A stretch of 64,000 nt of DNA from Marsupella aquatica (taxonomy: Eukaryota; Plantae; Marchantiophyta). Positions 58,247 through 64,000 of the stretch are shown one piece after another. Under the pieces are notes generated by a model. That model was not told the origin of the DNA. It saw only the letters and a list, made by a program, of their open reading frames with translations, and did no database searches. Location of the stretch: assembly GCA_973895155.1 (NCBI GenBank), contig OZ316899.1:767573-831572 (forward strand). Direction: 5' to 3'. A program made the position numbers and the translations under genes. Position 1 is the first letter of the stretch. Each line of letters begins with the position of its first letter.

Positions 58247-60240
58247 TGTTGTGGGAGAAATGAGACAAAGAGTTGGTTCCATCTTTACTCTTGGTAGAAT
58301 ATGTACATGTGGCTACGGCCTAAGTAGTTAGGGTAGTTACATAGGTAGTTATCCCAAAGGTAGACTTAACTCAAGTATGAGTTACAACACTCCCCCTTTG
58401 TAACATTGGGGTTGAAATGTTACAATCAAGAGTCTACTTTGGGTATACTCAGTGGTATACAATAGGTTTTGTTTATGTCTAGCCTATTTTATAAATGGTG
58501 TAGCCATCTCAAGTCTACTATAAATGAAAAGCTTCTCCTAATAGATGTCTTATAATTCATGTTGCATGGTAAAGTGTAAGTGGGGGATGTAATCTCATTA
58601 AAACCTCCCCTACTTTCTTTGTGGGAGGAAAGAGTATTACCATCCCCATGGGTGAAACATAATTGGATTTAAGTATATAGTGTATGTGTAATTTCTACAA
58701 AGTCTCTTAAGGTGTTTGTCAACACTATAGGCTTGTTGAAGATCTTGTTTCTCGTGTCTCCTTCCAATCGGTAAATGGAGACTCCTTGATGGTCACCAAT
58801 TACATGCCATGACAAAGTAAAGTATTAGTGCAAAACGAAGATGATATGGTGTAATCCATGGCCTTGGAATTGGATTGGGTGTCCAACCCTAGATTTGGTG
58901 TGGGCATAACCTATTTGCACCACATCACGTACCATATCCACAACATAGGGTTATCATATTGGGGTATGGCGCACCATCTCTTATGGTGCCTTACCATGCC
59001 ATGTCTCACCTTATGGTACCTTATGACCTGGTACTGTACCTCATATTATCATATGGTACTTTTATATCCAGTATACCTCATCAAGTATTGGTAAGTGATT
59101 GTGTTAACACCATGTTCAATCATTTATAAAAATTCCTTAGATTTCATGATTTGGCATATGCATGGAATAGAGTTCCATTTTTAGGTATTCATTGGTGCGA
59201 AAGGCACTTGTGCAATAGGCACATCCCATGGGTTACATGGCTTGATGTCTCCCCCTCAATTTGTCATTTACTTCCATGTGCAGTAGGCACTCATTGGCTT
59301 CCATGTGTAGTAGGCACGGCGCTTAACTTTTAAGTGCAGTAGGCACGTTGGGAAAAACAATTCTCCCCCTGAATTTATGAAATTAATTGGTGGAAGTAAT
59401 CATCATTTGTCGCCATGTAGGTTCTGTAATTTAGTTTCTTTCTTTATGTCCTTACTTCATGCCTTGTTGTTTGGTTTTTCTTGCCTTTTGAAGAGAAAGT
59501 CTCTTTGTTCTTTAGTTCTCCATTCCTTAGTGTAAAATGGTCTTCTTAGAAGAAAAGGTAGAGGACTTTCCTTTGGTTTGATGGCTTCTCTTTGTTTGCC
59601 TCCTTTGCCCGGCGTCTCATCTTTAGCTTGTACCACAATCTCCGTCTGTACTGGACGTCCTTCTCTCTCCTGGCGTTCCTCACATTCTCTCTTTGGTTTT
59701 TCCGGTTTGTGCTTCCTTCAATGTTCTTGGATTTATCCTCCTTGCCTTTGGTGCTTATTGTTTCTCCTCTATCTCGCATTCTTTCCTTCAAAGTTTTCAG
59801 TTTCTCCCTTCGCGTTCGATCATGGACTGTCTTTATATGTTCGCGATGCTGCCTGCCTTGCTCACGATCTGCGTTCAATTTCTGTAGCGTCTTCTCTCCT
59901 CCTATCTTTTCAATTGGGAATTAGGCGTATGGGTGTTCCTTATGAATCAATCTTCCGTATGAGGTCGCCTTCACGGACTGGAAATAGGAGGTCTGATGAC
60001 TCGTTCCAAAACGCAGATCTCCATGAACTTACAAAATACAATAGTATTATATACTTCAAATGTGGAACTCGTGCAGACGCGTCAGTATAACCACGTATCG
60101 TCTCGGCAAACGCCCAGTGTGCCTCACTTGGCCCCCGAAACCAAAACATTTTGCGCCTGTCAAGAGAGCTTCACAAATATGATTGACGAAAACTTCCCTA
60201 CATGTCGTCGATCTTGAATGACGGAGCATGCTTCATCTTG

Positions 60241-61182
60241 TTATCGAATTGTAACGTAACGGTTAGTTCGGACATGCTTTGCCCAGTGCTCCTTCAAATC
60301 GACAGGATAATTTACATTTATCCCCTTGCAGCCGAGTTGTTCCAAAAAGTTCATGGAGATCATAGTAGTGCAACACGAGAACTGCCAGCCCCCGTTACCC
60401 CATCTGCTTGCCCATCTATAACAATGTTGTCTCACACCTGTACAGGAGCAGTGGGGAATGGGGTATCGCACATTATCAACGTGAACATCATTGTTCGGGC
60501 CCTTCAGGTAATCGGCCTTGTCGCTATCTCCAAGCTCCAAACAATGCTCCTGGGGAGAACGACATGATCTTTTCAAACGCACTGTGCGATCGAGCGTAGA
60601 TTTCACTATTAGCTTCCTCTTCCTAGGAAAATCCGATCTTGCCAAGGTCAATATTGCTGGACGACGGAGCTCTGCTACTTTTGATAGGCCGACAAGGATT
60701 CTTGGAGTTTTGGGCTGCATGAGGAAACCTGGACAACATCTATGGGAGGAAGAAACCGTCTGAGGCTCCGACGCAAGCATCAGCAGGACCATATATCGAT
60801 GAGTCTTCATCAACCGGCCCTTACGGTGGCTCTCAATATGCTTCTCCTTACACGAAACTAGCAGCCAAGCCGATAACAAAAGGGCTACTCCCAGTCGGGT
60901 GAACCGCTGGCAGGTGTTGCACCTGCCTATGGAAGGCCGGCGTCTGGGTATGGTGAGGATTATGGTCCCTCGCCTGGAGATCCTGCACCTCCTCTTATAC
61001 AAGTCCCCGAACACTTCTGAGTGCAGCATTTGGTCTCTGAATTCTCTTACATTTTTCGCCGCCTGAAATATCTTGAGGAACATTCTCGAGAGTGTCATAT
61101 TGTTGGAATAGGAAGCATTTGCCGGAACTAGTACAACATGAATTTTGGACGGCACATCTTCGTAATCCTTGCCACTGTGCAA
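60241..61182 (-). CDS. BPC: 313-codon ORF ending in a captured BBR/BPC (GAGA-binding, basic pentacysteine) domain
   Basis: PIPHCSCTGVRQHCYRWASRWGNGGWQFSCCTTMISM...LEQL...PVDLKEHWAKHVRTNRYVTIR* matches the BPC C-terminal consensus (CSCTG..CY.WGNGGWQSSCCTT...P.DLK.HWAKHGTN.Y.TIK). The N-terminal part is unassigned and the start is uncertain. Confidence 0.85.
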   Translation of the reverse strand: MHSGKDYEDVPSKIHVVLVPANASYSNNMTLSRMFLKIFQAAKNVREFRDQMLHSEVFGDLYKRRCRISRRGTIILTIPRRRPSIGRCNTCQRFTRLGVALLLSAWLLVSCKEKHIESHRKGRLMKTHRYMVLLMLASEPQTVSSSHRCCPGFLMQPKTPRILVGLSKVAELRRPAILTLARSDFPRKRKLIVKSTLDRTVRLKRSCRSPQEHCLELGDSDKADYLKGPNNDVHVDNVRYPIPHCSCTGVRQHCYRWASRWGNGGWQFSCCTTMISMNFLEQLGCKGINVNYPVDLKEHWAKHVRTNRYVTIR

Positions 61183-61646
61183 AACCTAGGAATTGTATAA
61201 CTTCCGAGGCAATAGATCGCTTCAAAACTGAGATATCGACGAGGCATCATCGCAATTCTGCACTTAAAGTTGACAAAGACACCAAGATCGAGGGAATCCA
61301 TTGCTCAAAAATTTGTTAAAAATGAGAAGAAGACATCCAATAGCAACCATGAAACTTAGGACGAGCGGGATCCCAGCGTGCATAGCCCAAGCCGACAACA
61401 GGCGATGCGGATGCCGTTTGCTCCCAATGTATCCCGCTTCCCCTTCACGCAAGGGCCGCATTCAAGCTAACATCAATGCCATCTTCGTCCACATTCCGCT
61501 ACAATTCAGAGTGCAGAGTGAGCTGCAGCGCTTCAAGCAGCTCTCGCAAAAAAAACTTTGGTACATTCAAATCATGTCTTTCCCTTCTTTCTTCGTCTTA
61601 GAGTGAATCAGTCATGGCCTAAAAAAAATTCAGCCAGTCTTAGGCT

Positions 61647-61659
61647 CGTGCTGATAACG
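61647..61659 (-). promoter_or_regulatory. Half-tRNA type primer-binding site (complement of the tRNA-Ile anticodon stem-loop)
   Basis: CGTTATCAGCACG directly after the LTR end ...ACAACA, a motif I associate with Bianca-lineage copia elements. Confidence 0.7.
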
Positions 61660-61801
61660 TGTTGTGGGAGACTGAGACAAAGAGTTGGTTCCATCTTTAC
61701 TCTTGGTAGAATATGTACATGTGGCTACGGCCTAAGTAGTTAGGGTAGTTACATAGGTAGTTATCCCAAAGGTAGACTTAACTCAAGTATGAGTTACAAC
61801 A

Positions 61802-63421
61802 AGTAGCTTATTTTGTAACAGATGCTTCAAAAAGAAGAGTTCACAGATGACCAAGGCCAGGTTGAGTGTTCAGAACCCTAATTTGACAGGAAGGACCGGC
61901 ACTGCACCGATAGCAAAACGCTTGGTAAGAATCAATGACTAATTATGTAATTTATGCTACACTATGTACTGATCACTTTGTTTTTGAGTGTAAGTTCCCT
62001 AAATAATAATGATAACTTGTGTTTGCCATGCATGTGCAGAAAGCCCAATTGGGGCAAAGCCCTTCAAAAGAAGAGTTGAGGGCTGAAATTGTGAACAATA
62101 GGTCTCAAGAGGGTGCATCTGAATCCTCCAAGCACGTAAGTTATATGAGTTCTAATTGGTAATTGAATGACCTACGTTGAATTTCAGGTGTACACATATC
62201 ATTGATTGTGCATATATTGCCCAACATTTCATATGGAGTGATTGACTATATTCCTGTGTCATGTAGGGAGGAGGATCTTCACTTACAGAGATAAGTGGTT
62301 GTTTGAAGGCTGTGGAAACATGTCTTCCAAAGATCAATGAACGTTTGAATTCATTGATAGACTTGTTCCATGTGAACTTCAAGACATTAATGGAAGCCGT
62401 TGTGTCGGTGAGAGATAAAATTGATTCCAATTTTGCAGGAGTTCCACCATCACCACTTGAGGTGGCAAAGTTGATGCACTCTTCTGGCATGCCAACGACA
62501 TCTAGGCTTGAAAGTAAGGCCTTTATAACTTTGTGAGATATGATTATTAAATGTATAGTTTGAATTGACATTGTTTGTTGAATGTGTTATTTTCAGTAAC
62601 ATATATTATGGTTGTTGTGCCCATAGAGAATAAGACAGGTGTTGCAGAGAAGAAGTGTGAGAACCTGGCAGAGTCGCTACAATTTAGAGGCAACAAAGTT
62701 GTAGTCTGTACATGCAACTAATTTGACAAAGGGCAGTGAACCATGTTTGGTTGAGGATGAGATTGGCAAGGGATTGGATGATATCAATGTTGGGGCAAAT
62801 GAGGATATCAGCAAGCATGACAATGATACCATTGAGCCAGATTCATGCTATGTAGATCTTGACTCCATTGCAGAGATAAATGATTTGCAGAATGTGTCAT
62901 TGTCAATGACAGGTGTGCCTCTGGTTGCGATAAATCCAACCAAAGAGTTAGTTGATATGACACTCCCAAGTGAGGAACCTGCTCCTGTGACAGTCCCAAC
63001 AGAGGAACCTACTAAGCCTAGCTTCACTACTGTGAAGAGAGGAAGCATGCACACACAAAGCAAGTCTACTGCTAGGAGTAGAGCCATGTCAAAGGTTTCA
63101 TACAAACCTCCAAGAACGATGCTGGCAGAAAGATCTAAGGTGGAAGTGGGGAAGGCACCTAATGCTGAGGGACAAAGTGGCTTGTTAGCTGTTGATGAAA
63201 GTGGAACACGAGTAGGATTTGGCAGAGTGCAGGTTGGTTCTACAACGTTCCATGGCAAGAGGATTCCCCCAGGTTATTCAGTAGTGTTAATCACGTTACT
63301 AGTGAAACCTAAAGCTGTCCTTCCCATTCCAAACACAAATGATGATCCTCCTCAGACGACATTTGGAGATGCTGTAGGTTCTTTGGTATTATGGCCAAGC
63401 AAGTTCATAGGGGATGCATAA
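61802..63421 (+). pseudogene. CACTA TnpA-like gene, 3' exons with C-terminal Tnp1/En-Spm-like domain
   Basis: Resumes after the TSD (WARLV|AYF). KARLSVQNP...GRTG, then RVGFGRV...FHGKRIPPG...VLPIP...FGDAVGSLVLWP. Confidence 0.7.
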
Positions 63422-64000
63422 CAATGTCATGTCATTATTTGTTTGTACTGTGAGTCCTGTTCTGTAGATTTTAGATCTCAAGAAGCAGTACAAGAATCAT
63501 GTTTGATAATTGATAGTATCATGCATGTGTGGTCAATTATCTCAAACAATTATCAGTTTACAAGTTCCTGTTTTCTCTTAATTACATTGATGACATTGTA
63601 AACTATTCCATTGTAATTCAAATGATCATCATCTTTTAGTAAGATTGTGATTTGGTTGAATTCTTATGAATGTTTTATGTAGGATCTGCTTATATGATGT
63701 TTTGTTTCATGTGAATGTCATTCATGCTCTATTCATTTCTTGTATTCAATGTGTTATATTTGTAAAGTGTGAACATGAGTGTTTCTATGTATTGCAATGT
63801 GGAGTGCTCATGACTTGACTCTCTCTCCTTATGAACTATCCCTCTGTGTTCATTAGTCATGGTTACAACTTCTATCTCAACCTCATTAGTTATGAACATG
63901 ACTATATAGAGGCCCAAATGGGTCTGGTGTGTGACCCGGACCAGGGTCTCCATTGGTCTATTATGTGACACTAAAATGTCACAAGGTAGGCATTGTTAAG

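Larger units (their letters stand above)
58247..61801 (-). mobile_element. 3,555-bp non-autonomous Ty1/copia (Bianca-type) LTR element carrying captured host sequence
   Basis: LTRs 58247-58389 and 61660-61801 (143/142 bp, one AAA/AC difference), TGTTG...CAACA ends, 5-bp TSD AGTAG, PPT AAAGGGGGAG, PBS CGTTATCAGCACG. No recognisable gag, RT or integrase. Confidence 0.93.

Noticed and set aside
59546-59878. 110-aa Lys/Arg/Glu-rich ORF as a protein
   Set aside because: Explained by purine-rich composition; no motif, and an equally long ORF lies on the opposite strand.
3101-63971. Numerous 60-170-aa ORFs antisense to TE genes
   Set aside because: Shadow frames of gag, pol, transposase or coiled-coil coding sequence.

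Overview
Eukaryotic (land-plant) heterochromatic DNA made almost entirely of nested transposable elements. Evidence for a plant: TTTAGGG telomere motifs, spliceosomal introns, Athila-, Bianca- and CACTA-type elements, and a BBR/BPC domain. A non-seed plant is suspected but cannot be proven from the sequence. No intact host gene, rRNA, tRNA or CRISPR array was found. Layout: (1) an L1-type LINE (1-2918) inserted antisense into a decayed Ty3/gypsy gag-protease fragment. (2) 5.0-20.1 kb is a self-nested and tandemly amplified cluster of one family: a 4,636-bp TG...CA element with a 5-bp TSD that looks like a giant solo LTR carrying a ~1,100-codon accessory gene. (3) A gypsy pol whose integrase ends in a PHD finger is split by a 5-kb non-autonomous gag-protease LTR element. 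(4) A 5'-truncated LINE is capped by telomeric repeats and flanked by a ~144-bp duplication. (5) A decayed CACTA transposon (38.7-63.4 kb) hosts two young insertions. One is a 13.5-kb Athila-like element with apparently identical LTRs, a candidate TGA-CAATTA readthrough signal between protease and RT, twin PPTs, a 3' accessory ORF and a second retropepsin-like ORF. The other is a 3.6-kb Bianca-type copia element that lacks recognisable gag/pol and instead carries a captured BBR/BPC GAGA-binding (Polycomb-recruiting) domain. All calls are by-eye alignments and motif recognition; no database search was run.
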